The position numbers and the translations under genes were made by a program. The notes beneath the pieces were generated by a model. It did no database searches and was not told where the DNA came from. It saw only the letters and a program-made list of their open reading frames with translations. 64,000 nucleotides of DNA from NCBI GenBank assembly GCA_963736675.1, contig CAVTPT010000005.1, positions 128,040-192,039 on the forward strand, given 5' to 3'. The stretch is from an uncultured Bacteroidales bacterium. GTDB lineage: Bacteria > Bacteroidota > Bacteroidia > Bacteroidales > VadinHA17. Positions 17,102 through 27,088 of the stretch are shown piece after piece; within the stretch, counting starts at the first letter, position 1, and every line of letters begins with the position of its first letter.

Positions 17102-18748
17102 TCAGGTATACAGAAATCTTTTGATTTTCAGTGTTGCCGTTTTTTGAAACGGGACCGGCTGAAGGACGACTTTGGTGATCTGGCTGAACTTGCTGACCTT
17201 TGAATTTACATATTCCTGCAGTTCTTCAAGAAGCTCCTCTTTTTTATCGGTATACTGTTTGGTCACATCGTCCTTAAGGGTCTGGTATTTCTTTTCCAGT
17301 TCCTCCATATTAAGATGAACATAAGCAACCAGTTTTCCCTTTTGCTGGATCACAAGCGATTCGACGACAAACCGGAAATTATTTATAATAGATTCAATTT
17401 CTTCAGGATAGATGTTTTCTCCACTGGCACCAACAATCATATTTTTCAGCCGGCCTTTGATGTAGAGGTTATTGTTACTGTCCATGGTTCCAAGATCACC
17501 TGTTTTGAACCATCCGTCAGGAGTCAGAACTTCGCGGGTCATTTCAGGCTCTTTGTAATAGCCTTTCATGACATTTGGTCCGCGTGCCCATATTTCACCT
17601 TCACCGGTCTTTTTGTCGGGGTTATTTATTTTAAGTTCAATATCTTCAATAGCCGGACCTGTGGAATCGAAAACCGACTTTGAAGGATTTGCACCTGCCA
17701 GAAGCGGAGCTGTTTCAGTAAGACCGTAGCCGATAGCATACGGGAACCTGGCTTCAATAAGGAATTTCTCAACAGTTTTATTGAGCTTTGCACCTCCGAT
17801 ACCGTAAAACTTAAGATGTCCGCCAAAAGTCTTATATAACTTCTTCCCGGCAACAGCATGTAATTTTTTTCTTATGAATCCGATACTGTACAGAAAGCTG
17901 AGGATCTTTTTTGACTTGAAAGTAGGTAGTATTTTGTTGAAATAGATCTTTTCCATAATAAGCGGGACCGTCAGCATCATGGTAGGTTTTACTTCAGCCA
18001 TTGCAGGCAGTAAAACAGTCGGAGTTGGCGGTTTTCTCAGATAATACACGCACGATCCCCCCAGCATGGGAAGTATCAGTCCAAGAGTATTTTCATAAGT
18101 ATGTGATAATGGCAAAACCGACAAAAACCTGTCATTTTCATCAATTGGCTGTATCACGTTTCCTTTCATTGCATTGAAGGAAATGTTTTTATGCGTAAGC
18201 ATCACACCTTTCGACCTGCCTGTGGTTCCGGAGGTATAGATTATTGATGCCAGGTCCTCTTCCCCGACTTCATAAACACCCGAAGGAACTGCCGACGGAT
18301 CATAACCGATATCTTTTTTGTCGGAGAATATCAGCGAGAAATCTTCAATAGAGATACCTGTAGTTAAAAATTCAGATTTATAACCTTCGATCCGGGGTTG
18401 AAGGTTTGTTGAAATAAAAATTGCTTTGGCTTCGGAATGATCAAGCACATTGCTGACCTCAGTAGCCGAGAAGTCGGGCAGAATCGGTACTGCAACCGCT
18501 CCCATGAAGGTTATAGAGAAGTATGCAACTCCCCAGTTCGGCATGTTTGAACTTAGAATTGCCACCTTATCACCGCGACTTATTCCTGTCTTTTCCAGAA
18601 GTGCAGTCAGCGCCTTTATCTCCCTGTCAACAGTCTCATATGTTTTAGGTTTCTCACCCACGAATGCATACGCATCACAATTCCCATGGTCCTGTAAAGT
18701 ATTACTGAACAACGCCGGGAATGTCAACCTTGTACTCTTCTCTTTCAT
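17102..18748 (-). CDS. AMP-dependent long-chain fatty acid-CoA ligase
   Basis: 548 aa. Contains the AMP-binding motif IIYTSGTTGRSKGVMLTH, GYGLTET, and the C-terminal GWFKTGDLG...KGRLKNMI. Confidence 0.85.
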   Translation of the reverse strand: MKEKSTRLTFPALFSNTLQDHGNCDAYAFVGEKPKTYETVDREIKALTALLEKTGISRGDKVAILSSNMPNWGVAYFSITFMGAVAVPILPDFSATEVSNVLDHSEAKAIFISTNLQPRIEGYKSEFLTTGISIEDFSLIFSDKKDIGYDPSAVPSGVYEVGEEDLASIIYTSGTTGRSKGVMLTHKNISFNAMKGNVIQPIDENDRFLSVLPLSHTYENTLGLILPMLGGSCVYYLRKPPTPTVLLPAMAEVKPTMMLTVPLIMEKIYFNKILPTFKSKKILSFLYSIGFIRKKLHAVAGKKLYKTFGGHLKFYGIGGAKLNKTVEKFLIEARFPYAIGYGLTETAPLLAGANPSKSVFDSTGPAIEDIELKINNPDKKTGEGEIWARGPNVMKGYYKEPEMTREVLTPDGWFKTGDLGTMDSNNNLYIKGRLKNMIVGASGENIYPEEIESIINNFRFVVESLVIQQKGKLVAYVHLNMEELEKKYQTLKDDVTKQYTDKKEELLEELQEYVNSKVSKFSQITKVVLQPVPFQKTATLKIKRFLYT

Positions 18749-18875
18749 CCGGGAATAATATTTTAGAGTGCAAAGATAAGCAATAAATGACTGATAATGT
18801 CATGAGTATGATTAATAATAGTTAAATGATGAACAACAGAAACAAACCGATTAAACATTTCTCCCCCGGAATGGT

Positions 18876-18883
18876 TACTTTTG
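18876..18883 (+). promoter_or_regulatory. Candidate -7 promoter box (TACTTTTG) of queD-polA
   Basis: Matches TAnnTTTG and lies 23 nt upstream of ATG 18907. No clear -33 element is present. Confidence 0.35.
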
Positions 18884-18906
18884 TATATAACTACAACAGG
18901 TATAAT

Positions 18907-19359
18907 ATGGCTCAGATAATCAGGATCACAAAGGAATTTTCGTTTGAGATGGCCCATGTACTCTGGAACTATGATGGCCCGTGCAGGAATGTCCATGGCC
19001 ACTCATACAGGCTCTTCGTAACACTTTCGGGGAAACCGCTTGACAGTAAGGGAGATCCGAGAGATGGGATGGTTATTGATTTTACTGACCTGAAACAGAT
19101 AGTTAAGCGGGAAATAATCGCGATATTCGATCATGCGGTTGCTGTTTCTGAAAACTTTGACAGTGAAAAACTGGAGAATTGCAGGAAGATGTTCGGAAAT
19201 ACTGTTGTTGTTGACTATCAGCCTACATGTGAAAATCTAGTCTCAGATTTTGCCGGCAGGATCATAAAACATATACCTCGCGGGATCCGGCTCCACAGCC
19301 TTAAACTGTACGAAACCGCCAATTCTTTTGCGGAGTGGTTTGCTTCAGATAATGAATAA
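18907..19359 (+). CDS. queD: 6-carboxy-5,6,7,8-tetrahydropterin synthase
   Basis: 150 aa from ATG 18907 (MAQIIRITKEFSFEMAHVL...). Contains the CRNVHGHSYRL Zn/catalytic motif. The longer track ORF adds 27 non-conserved residues. Confidence 0.85.
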   Translation: MAQIIRITKEFSFEMAHVLWNYDGPCRNVHGHSYRLFVTLSGKPLDSKGDPRDGMVIDFTDLKQIVKREIIAIFDHAVAVSENFDSEKLENCRKMFGNTVVVDYQPTCENLVSDFAGRIIKHIPRGIRLHSLKLYETANSFAEWFASDNE

Positions 19360-22171
19360 ACAAAATATGCCCGAGAATCAGAATAAAAAGTTGTTTTTAC
19401 TGGATGCTTATGCTCTTATCTTCCGGTCGTATTATGCCTTTATTAAGAATCCCAGGGTTACAAGTAAAGGACTTAATACTTCAGCAATTTTCGGATTCCT
19501 GCTCACTCTTGATGAGGTTCTTCAGAAACAGAAACCTACACATATTGCAGTGGTTTTTGATACTCCGGCGCCTACATTCAGGCACGAACTGTACAAGGAT
19601 TATAAAGCGACAAGGGATGCAACCCCTGAAGACATAATAAAAGCCGTACCTTACATTAAAAGGTTACTCGGGGCTTATAAGATCCCGGTTATTGACTATC
19701 CGGGATTTGAGGCTGACGACATTATCGGGACCCTGGCAAAAAAGGCCTCTGACCGTGGTTTTACAACCTTTATGATGACTCCCGACAAGGATTTTGCCCA
19801 GCTGGTAACAGATAAAGTCTTTATGTTCAAACCTTCAAGAAGCGGAAATGAGTCGGTGGTATGGGGTAGTGAGGAGGTTAAGAAGGAGTTTTCGGTGGAA
19901 CGTCCTGACCAGGTTATCGATATACTGGCTCTTATGGGCGATACTTCTGACAATATTCCGGGTGCTCCCGGTGTTGGACCGAAAACGGCAATGAAGCTGG
20001 TTTCGGAATATGGCAGTGCCGAGGAGGTAATAAAAAACTACGGGAACCTGAAAGGGAAGCTGAGTGAGATAATCGAAAAAAACAGCGGACAGATTATACT
20101 TTCAAAAAAACTGGCAACGATCGAACAGAATGTACCGGTTGAATTCAGGGAGGAGGAGCTTATTAAAGAGATTCCCGATCGCGACCAACTGAAGACACTG
20201 TTTGATGAACTGGAATTCCGTACGATAGCGGCAAGGATTCTGGCAGATATCGGAAAACCCGGAAAAGAGCCTGATCAGAAAGAGATATTTCCTTCACAGG
20301 CCGGATCATTCCAGGGATCTCTGTTCGGGGATGTTGAAACGGTGGCTCGTGTCAGCGACATGCTGACAATTGAGGGTGTGACGCACGATTACAGGCTTCT
20401 CGGTACTGAAAATGAGATTAGAGAGTTTATTGCAGGGATTTCAGGTCTTAAAGACATCTGTTTTGATACTGAAACAACAAGCATCAATGCATTGGAATCG
20501 GAACTTGTGGCAATTGCTTTTTCATTGGAAAAAGGTTCGGGTTACATGATCCATTTTCCGGAATCACGGCAGGAAACGAAAAAGATCCTCGAAATCTTAA
20601 GACCTTTGTTTGAAAATCAGGATATTGCCAAAACGGGACAAAACCTGAAATTCGACATTCAGGTCCTGGCCAACTACGGGATAGAAGTGAATGGTTCTTT
20701 GTTCGATACAATGATCGCACACTATCTGCTTGAGCCCGACATGAGGCATAACATGAACCTGCTTGCAGAAACCTACCTTACGTACAGCCCGGTACATATA
20801 GAATCACTTATCGGCGAAAAGGGGAACAGCCAGAAAAACATGCGTTCCGTTCCTGTTGAAAAACTTAAGGAGTATGCAGTGGAAGATGCAGATGTCACCC
20901 TGCAGCTGAAGGAGGTCTTCGAACCGCGTCTGGAATCGGAAGGACTCTCCTCCCTGGCTGATAACATAGAAATGCCCTTAATAAGAGTGCTTGCTGAAAT
21001 TGAAAGAAACGGGGTAAGGCTCAATGAAGAGGAGCTGAAAGCAATTACCTCAGGGCTCAGAGAGGATATCATATCGCTCGAAAAGGAGATCTATCTGCTT
21101 TCGGGGACAGAATTCAACATATCATCACCTAAACAGCTTGGAGATATTCTCTTCGTTCGTCTTAAGCTCGACGAAAAAGCCAGGATGACAAAGACAAATC
21201 AATTCATTACGAATGAAGAGATCCTGCAGAGGCTGACAGGTAAACACCCTATTATCGGGAAAGTACTTGAGTACCGGGGTCTGAAAAAGCTGCTGTCAAC
21301 TTATGTCGAAGCCCTTCCGCTGCTGATCAACAAAAGCACCGGACGAATTCATACTTCTTTTAATCAGGCAGTTGCATCGACAGGAAGGCTCAGCTCAAAC
21401 AACCCGAACCTGCAGAATATACCTGTAAAGGATGAGAGAGGAAGGGAGATTAGAAGAGCTTTTGTTCCGGAGGAGGGTAATATATTTTTTGCGGCTGACT
21501 ATTCGCAGATTGAATTGAGACTTATGGCCCATCTGAGCGGGGATAACAGCATGACAGCCGATTTCCTTTCGGGAAACGATATTCATTCAGCAACAGCTTC
21601 AAAGATATTTGGGGTCGGGTTGAAGGATGTCACCCGGGAAATGAGGAGCAAAGCCAAGACCGCCAACTTCGGGATAATATACGGGATTTCATCTTTCGGC
21701 CTTTCCGAAAGACTTACAATTGGCAGAAAAGAAGCCAAAGATCTTATTGACGGTTATTTTGCGTCGTACCCGGGAGTTAAGCTATACATGGATGAGAGTA
21801 TAAAAAAAGCAAGGGAGACAGGATATGTCAGCACAATGTTCGGACGGAGACGTTACCTGCGTGATATCCATTCAAGGAACCAGGTTGTCAGGGGTAATGC
21901 CGAAAGGAACGCGATTAATGCACCTATCCAGGGAAGCGCAGCGGATATTATAAAGATCGCAATGATCAGGATACATAACCGTATGAAGTCAGAAAAGTTA
22001 GTATCAAAATTGATACTGCAGGTACACGACGAACTTATCTTCGAAGTTGTTCCTGAGGAACTTGAAAGATTAAAGGAAATGGTCATCCACGAAATGACAA
22101 ATGCTGTTGTTCTTGATGTTCCACTCAAAGTAGACTGGGGCACTGGGAAAAACTGGCTCGAAGCAAAATAA
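19352..22171 (+). CDS. polA: DNA polymerase I
   Basis: The 5-prime nuclease N-terminus is LLDAYALIFRSYYA and the 3-5 exonuclease motif is CFDTETTS. Polymerase motifs are A (ADYSQIELRLMAH), B (RSKAKTANFGIIYG) and C (QVHDELIFE). The start overlaps the queD stop. Confidence 0.95.
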   Translation: MNKQNMPENQNKKLFLLDAYALIFRSYYAFIKNPRVTSKGLNTSAIFGFLLTLDEVLQKQKPTHIAVVFDTPAPTFRHELYKDYKATRDATPEDIIKAVPYIKRLLGAYKIPVIDYPGFEADDIIGTLAKKASDRGFTTFMMTPDKDFAQLVTDKVFMFKPSRSGNESVVWGSEEVKKEFSVERPDQVIDILALMGDTSDNIPGAPGVGPKTAMKLVSEYGSAEEVIKNYGNLKGKLSEIIEKNSGQIILSKKLATIEQNVPVEFREEELIKEIPDRDQLKTLFDELEFRTIAARILADIGKPGKEPDQKEIFPSQAGSFQGSLFGDVETVARVSDMLTIEGVTHDYRLLGTENEIREFIAGISGLKDICFDTETTSINALESELVAIAFSLEKGSGYMIHFPESRQETKKILEILRPLFENQDIAKTGQNLKFDIQVLANYGIEVNGSLFDTMIAHYLLEPDMRHNMNLLAETYLTYSPVHIESLIGEKGNSQKNMRSVPVEKLKEYAVEDADVTLQLKEVFEPRLESEGLSSLADNIEMPLIRVLAEIERNGVRLNEEELKAITSGLREDIISLEKEIYLLSGTEFNISSPKQLGDILFVRLKLDEKARMTKTNQFITNEEILQRLTGKHPIIGKVLEYRGLKKLLSTYVEALPLLINKSTGRIHTSFNQAVASTGRLSSNNPNLQNIPVKDERGREIRRAFVPEEGNIFFAADYSQIELRLMAHLSGDNSMTADFLSGNDIHSATASKIFGVGLKDVTREMRSKAKTANFGIIYGISSFGLSERLTIGRKEAKDLIDGYFASYPGVKLYMDESIKKARETGYVSTMFGRRRYLRDIHSRNQVVRGNAERNAINAPIQGSAADIIKIAMIRIHNRMKSEKLVSKLILQVHDELIFEVVPEELERLKEMVIHEMTNAVVLDVPLKVDWGTGKNWLEAK

Positions 22172-22178
22172 AGTAAAT

Positions 22179-22412
22179 ATGGGAATAGATGTGCTATTTT
22201 TCGGGATCCTGGCCGATGTGACCGGTACTGCACGGAAACATTACGGCAACATTAAGTCGTACGATGATCTGAAGCTCAGGGTTGAGGATGACTTTCCCCA
22301 GGTCGTGCATTATAATTTCAGGATCTCCCACAACAGTCAGATGATCAATGAAGCTCCTCTGCTGAAGGATGGTGATGAGATAGCTTATTTACCTCCGTTC
22401 GCAGGGGGATAA
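22179..22412 (+). CDS. moaD: MoaD/ThiS-family sulfur-carrier protein
   Basis: 77 aa with beta-grasp size. It ends in the obligatory C-terminal Gly-Gly (LPPFAGG). Confidence 0.8.
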   Translation: MGIDVLFFGILADVTGTARKHYGNIKSYDDLKLRVEDDFPQVVHYNFRISHNSQMINEAPLLKDGDEIAYLPPFAGG

Positions 22413-22447
22413 AATAGATTTTTTATACTAATAATTATCTTTTTATA

Positions 22448-22876
22448 ATGCATTTAGTCGAAGGTCCGGTGAGCCTTTCCGTAATTTCAGAGATCATTGC
22501 GAATCTGAAGGAAGAATCCTTCTGCGGAGGTCATTCGTTATTCCTCGGGCAGGTACGTGCCGACATTGTAGACGGGGAAAAAACTACTGCAATTGAATAT
22601 TCGGCTTATGATGAAATGGTTCTTTCGGAGATTGAAAAGATAAAATCACTTATCCTGGATGAGTTTTCTGATGCAAAACAAATTGAGATAATTCATTCTA
22701 CCGGTCTTGTGAAATGTGGTGAAATCTCGCTTTTTGTAATGGTATCGGCAGGTCACAGGCGTCATGCCCTGGATGCATGCAGCAGGACCGTCGAGCTTGT
22801 CAAGGAGCGGCTGCCCGTATGGAAAAAGGAGATCTTCGGGGACCAGAGCTACCGCTGGAAGCCGGATGAGCAGTAA
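22448..22876 (+). CDS. moaE: Molybdopterin synthase catalytic subunit
   Basis: 142 aa, directly after moaD. Contains a MoaE-like core (GGHSLFLGQVR..., VSAGHRRHALDACSRTVELVKERLPVWKKE). Confidence 0.85.
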   Translation: MHLVEGPVSLSVISEIIANLKEESFCGGHSLFLGQVRADIVDGEKTTAIEYSAYDEMVLSEIEKIKSLILDEFSDAKQIEIIHSTGLVKCGEISLFVMVSAGHRRHALDACSRTVELVKERLPVWKKEIFGDQSYRWKPDEQ

Positions 22877-22877
22877 A

Positions 22878-24620
22878 TCAGACTGACACCATGCCATTCC
22901 CCGCTCCAAAGGTCCGGGCAATGATTGTGGTATCTTCCCTGCCGGCGACGACGGCCGGAGTGGATTTTCCCTGTAGTACCGATTTATAACTTTCCTGATT
23001 ATCCAGTACTTCAAGGGCTTTCTGAACCTGTTCATCGTTTTTCAGCGTCCACTTAATAGCTCCTTCCTCATAAAAATAACGGCTGATGATCTCATCTTCA
23101 AGAAGTTCGGTGATCTCTTTTCTGAAAGTGGAAAGATCCTGGTCGATGGTGTGGGCAAGTTCTTTCTGAAGTTTTTCGAAAGTCGCGTTGTGAAGGTCAT
23201 AGTATTTCTCACGCTTTGCGATGGTAATAAGCTGATTAAGCGACTCTTCTGTGGAAGTTTCATAATCGAAACTCTTTGATGCAAGGAATATTCTGAAATC
23301 TTCAAAATCCTTATCTGTAAAACGGAACTCCTCAGCACTCTTAAGTCCGGGATGTGCCCAGTAGTACTGTGTTGCAAAATCGAAGATATAGTTTCTCATG
23401 TATAGTTCCGTCGAGATCTGGCTTAAAGCATCAGGTGTCACCGGATAATCAGGGGTGATTCCTCCTCCGTCTTTCACTATCCTGCCGTTTCTCGTTTTGA
23501 ATTCCGAGATAAGCGAATCAGGGATGATTCCAACACTCCCGTCCTCGTTGGGATGAGAGAAATCGAGTGCCTGTATGCACCTTCCGCTGGGTATGTAATA
23601 TTTGGCAGTTGTCACCTTAAGCTGGGTATTGTAGCTCAGAGGCCGGCTTATCTGCACAAGTCCCTTCCCGTACGATCGCTGACCCACTATAACTCCCCTG
23701 TCGAGATCCTGGATGGCCCCTGCGACGATTTCAGCAGCCGAAGCCGAGCCCCTGTTGATAATAACGGCCAGGGAGATCTTTTCATCCACCGCTGCCTTTG
23801 TTGTCCTGAACTCCTCATCATACTGCTTTACTTTCCCTTTTGTCGAAACGACCTCGTTTCCCGGCCCTACAAACAGATTTACTATCTCCACTGCCTCAGT
23901 AAGAAGACCACCGGGATTCCCTCTCAGGTCGAGAATTATCCGTTCGGGGTTATTGTTTTTTAAAGCTGTCAGAGCGTTTTTTACATCATCGGAACCATCC
24001 TGCGTAAAGTTTGTAAAACGGATATATCCTGTCTTTGAATCCAGCATTCCATAGTATGGTACTGTCGGGACAGCAATTCTCTCGCGCTTCATCGAAAAGT
24101 CATATTCCTTCCCGTTGCGTTCGATTGTAATCTGGATCGGGGTTCCGGGGTTCCCTTTAAGCTTATCGCTGACATCATCAGTCGACAGGCCCCTGATGGA
24201 AACACCATCAACTTTTTTCAGAAGATCTCCGGCTTTTATACCGGCTATATCAGCAGGGAATCCTTTATAAATTACTGTGATAATAACATATTCCCCGTTT
24301 TTTCTTACAAGAGATCCTATCCCCCCGTATTTACCTGTGGTCATGAAACTGAAATCGTCAGCTTCCGATTCGGGATAATAGACGGTATAGGGATCAAGAG
24401 TCTTCAGCATATTGTCAATGCCGGTTTTGATAACTTTGTCAGGATTTACTTCATCAACATAAAATGTATTCAGCTCCCTGAAAAGGGTATAGAAAATGTC
24501 AAGATTTTTTGCTATCCTGAAATCCCTGCTTTCCTGATTTGTCAGGAATCCGGTACTGAGTATGACCGTTATAAGCAATACGGAGACAATGGTAATATTG
24601 CGGATGAGTTTCTTTTTCAT
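22878..24620 (-). CDS. S41-family C-terminal processing (tail-specific) peptidase
   Basis: 580 aa with an N-terminal membrane anchor and a PDZ region (IAGIKAGDLLKKVDG). The catalytic Ser/Lys region is NRGSASAAEIVAGAIQD...YGKGLVQ. Confidence 0.85.
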   Translation of the reverse strand: MKKKLIRNITIVSVLLITVILSTGFLTNQESRDFRIAKNLDIFYTLFRELNTFYVDEVNPDKVIKTGIDNMLKTLDPYTVYYPESEADDFSFMTTGKYGGIGSLVRKNGEYVIITVIYKGFPADIAGIKAGDLLKKVDGVSIRGLSTDDVSDKLKGNPGTPIQITIERNGKEYDFSMKRERIAVPTVPYYGMLDSKTGYIRFTNFTQDGSDDVKNALTALKNNNPERIILDLRGNPGGLLTEAVEIVNLFVGPGNEVVSTKGKVKQYDEEFRTTKAAVDEKISLAVIINRGSASAAEIVAGAIQDLDRGVIVGQRSYGKGLVQISRPLSYNTQLKVTTAKYYIPSGRCIQALDFSHPNEDGSVGIIPDSLISEFKTRNGRIVKDGGGITPDYPVTPDALSQISTELYMRNYIFDFATQYYWAHPGLKSAEEFRFTDKDFEDFRIFLASKSFDYETSTEESLNQLITIAKREKYYDLHNATFEKLQKELAHTIDQDLSTFRKEITELLEDEIISRYFYEEGAIKWTLKNDEQVQKALEVLDNQESYKSVLQGKSTPAVVAGREDTTIIARTFGAGNGMVSV

Positions 24621-24702
24621 AAATGCCAGCTCTTAATTCTGAGGGACGAAAATAATAAGAATATCTGTGAATGGAATTGAGTAAGAAATATTTATGAGAA
24701 TT

Positions 24703-25110
24703 TTAACAATTATCTGTTCTTGCATCGATCTGTAAAGCGAGCCTGCTTATCACTGCGGTCACCGATTTTTCCATTTCGTTATAAACCGATATCCCATGTC
24801 CGTGGTAAATCAGTATAAATATTATCTGTAATGATTTTGATTCAAGATATTTGTACAGGTGATTTTTGTTGAGCCTGTAAGCTTCTCTCATTCTTCTCTT
24901 TACCAGATTACGGTCGACAGCAAGCCTGAATCTTTTTTTTGAGACACTGAAGAGCACCCGGGCGGGAAAAGGGAGAGGTTTCGGGCTTTCAAGCCATACT
25001 ACCCTGAAGAGGTCGGTATTGAACGATTGCCCGTTCTCAAACAGCTCAGCAATCATTTTTTTGCTGCACAGCCTTTCGGTTTTATGAAATGTCTGACGCG
25101 ACTCGCTCAT
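24703..25110 (-). CDS. rnpA: Ribonuclease P protein component
   Basis: 135 aa and basic. Contains KTERLCSKKMIAELF...RNLVKRRMREAYR, typical of Bacteroidota RnpA. Confidence 0.8.
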   Translation of the reverse strand: MSESRQTFHKTERLCSKKMIAELFENGQSFNTDLFRVVWLESPKPLPFPARVLFSVSKKRFRLAVDRNLVKRRMREAYRLNKNHLYKYLESKSLQIIFILIYHGHGISVYNEMEKSVTAVISRLALQIDARTDNC

Positions 25111-25187
25111 TTAAGAAACAGAGACCCCTGCGGAGAGGCCGTGAAAAGTTGGTTTGATATAAGGAAAGAAAGCTAACCCTGATAATA

Positions 25188-25940
25188 TTACCTGCAGTTT
25201 TTATTGTACTCTTTAAGGAAATAATCCAGAGCCATGGTCATTGAAGGGGCCTTGGGATTAGGGGCATTTATATCAAGCCTTAACCCTTCATTCTCAACAG
25301 CACAGGCTGTTGTGGGACCAAATGCTGCAATTTTAATATCCCCCTGGACAAAACCGGGAAAGTTTTCCTTAAGCGACTTGATTCCCGAAGGGCTGTAAAA
25401 TACCAGAATATCATAATCAAAATCACTTAAATTCGAAAAATCGCTGCTGATGGTTTTGTAAAGTGTCCCGATCGTGTATTTGATGTTGAATTTATCAAGC
25501 AGTTCGGGGATCTCTGCGTTATGAGGTTCGGAGAGAGGCACAAAGAAATTATCGTCCCTGTGTTTTATTATGACATCAATAAGATCCTGAAATTTTGCCT
25601 TGCCGTGAAATATTTTCCGCTTACGGTAAACAATATATTTCTGAAGGTAAAATGCGACGTTCTCGGTGATACAGAAATACTTCATAGTATCAGGAACAAC
25701 GGTCCTCATCTCATTACAAATCCTGAAAAAGTGGTCAATGCCGGTTTTACTTGTGAATACTACCGCTGAAAAGTCAAGAATATTGACTTTTTGCTGGCGG
25801 AAATCCTTGACGGGAATACCCTCAACCTGAACAAATGGCTTGAAGTCAATCTTCAGGTTATACTTTTTTGCCAGTTCGAAATATGGTGATTTCGGATTGT
25901 TCGGTTCTGGCTGTGACACTAATATCTTCCTTATTTTCAA
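25188..25940 (-). CDS. hemD: Uroporphyrinogen-III synthase
   Basis: 250 aa. The N-terminus KILVSQPEPNNPKSPYFELAKKY is typical of Bacteroidota HemD. It apparently uses a TTG start at 25940, with no in-frame ATG near the conserved N-terminus. Confidence 0.8.
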   Translation of the reverse strand: MKIRKILVSQPEPNNPKSPYFELAKKYNLKIDFKPFVQVEGIPVKDFRQQKVNILDFSAVVFTSKTGIDHFFRICNEMRTVVPDTMKYFCITENVAFYLQKYIVYRKRKIFHGKAKFQDLIDVIIKHRDDNFFVPLSEPHNAEIPELLDKFNIKYTIGTLYKTISSDFSNLSDFDYDILVFYSPSGIKSLKENFPGFVQGDIKIAAFGPTTACAVENEGLRLDINAPNPKAPSMTMALDYFLKEYNKNCR

Positions 25941-25983
25941 CTCTTTACAGATTAAGTTTTACTTTCAAAGTAATACTTCCAAC

Positions 25984-27012
25984 CTAAGAAAGGCCTGTAA
26001 AATATTTCAATAAAACCAAGACAGGCAGAATTTCCAGCGCACAAAGGTATAAAATCAAATAGAAAGTTGAAATACCCCTCTTTATAAAAATTAACGGCAG
26101 TCTTGCCAGTCTGAAGAGGTAAATAACTGCTACCGAAGCAAAACCTGCTGTCAGGAGAACGCCGGGGATGAACACCGGAGTATATACAAGTACAATTATT
26201 ATAATGAACAGGACAAAGGCCAGGTAGTTGTACGACTGGTAAATAATGATGAGGTACTCATTGAACAGGTCCTTCTGTTCACTGATCGAGGCAGTCACAA
26301 ATGTTACTACATGTCTTGACAGAATAACTGCTTCAATTATACCGAAGATGATGATCCATGATAATAATCCCGGCATCTCTGCGGGCACGAAACCGTAATA
26401 GTCAGCTGCGCACCAGGCGAAAAGCGCAATGATAAAAAAGGAGACTGTATTAAGCACAACAGAAGGCCACCTGAAGAGTGTGGTTGTATCGCGTGACGAA
26501 GGATCGTTTATTCCTTTGAAGAGGAAGAACCTGGACAGTTCAGCAGTAATATTTTTCGTGACTGACCGTATCAGGGTATATAACAAAGCAGAAAAAAAGA
26601 TGACAATAACTATCCAGTCGTTCTGGAAGGGCCCTGAGGGCATCCCTTTTCCCTCTTTCAGATCCCTTATTATGACAAATTCATCTTTCATTTGCCTCCC
26701 CAGGTTCTCAGCAATGTAATAGGGCAGCTGATTTTTAAAAGAGGGATTCAGCAGGGAGACAAAATTCAATGAATCACCAAAGGTAATGTCAGCAATAATA
26801 TTCCTGGAACAAACAGCGGTTGTATCAGTTACCGGCAAAGCACTTTCAGGATCACTTATCCTCGCTGCTTTGCGGACTGGAGGGGCAGCAACAACTGAAT
26901 CGGTACGCCGTTCAAAATTGAGAAATACCGAGTCAGGAATAAGATTTTGGGTATTTATACGGACAACAAGGCCAGGTTTGACACTATCCTGTATGTTTAA
27001 GCCTGTTATCAT
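25984..27012 (-). CDS. DUF4271-type integral membrane protein
   Basis: 342 aa with a soluble N-terminal part followed by about 6 TM helices. Its position immediately upstream of hemD is the usual Bacteroidota synteny for DUF4271. Confidence 0.65.
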   Translation of the reverse strand: MITGLNIQDSVKPGLVVRINTQNLIPDSVFLNFERRTDSVVAAPPVRKAARISDPESALPVTDTTAVCSRNIIADITFGDSLNFVSLLNPSFKNQLPYYIAENLGRQMKDEFVIIRDLKEGKGMPSGPFQNDWIVIVIFFSALLYTLIRSVTKNITAELSRFFLFKGINDPSSRDTTTLFRWPSVVLNTVSFFIIALFAWCAADYYGFVPAEMPGLLSWIIIFGIIEAVILSRHVVTFVTASISEQKDLFNEYLIIIYQSYNYLAFVLFIIIIVLVYTPVFIPGVLLTAGFASVAVIYLFRLARLPLIFIKRGISTFYLILYLCALEILPVLVLLKYFTGLS

Positions 27013-27088
27013 AACTTTTATGAAGAATATCAGACAAAAGTAATGATAAATAAGCGAAAAGAATCCCTGTCAGCAGAAAGAGCAGTTT

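Noticed and set aside
18749-18906. preQ1 riboswitch upstream of queD.
   Set aside because: No recognisable preQ1-I/II core is present (a short hairpin followed by an A-rich tail with CTA). The region looks like a plain AT-rich divergent promoter region.
25959-25973. Palindrome TTACTTT-C-AAAGTAA upstream of hemD, sharing the ACTTT/AAAGT half-sites of the creD-locus operator.
   Set aside because: The spacing differs (1 nt versus 5 nt) and the flanks are not conserved. The ACTTTG part is probably just a -7-like TTTG promoter element. It is not counted as a third operator copy.
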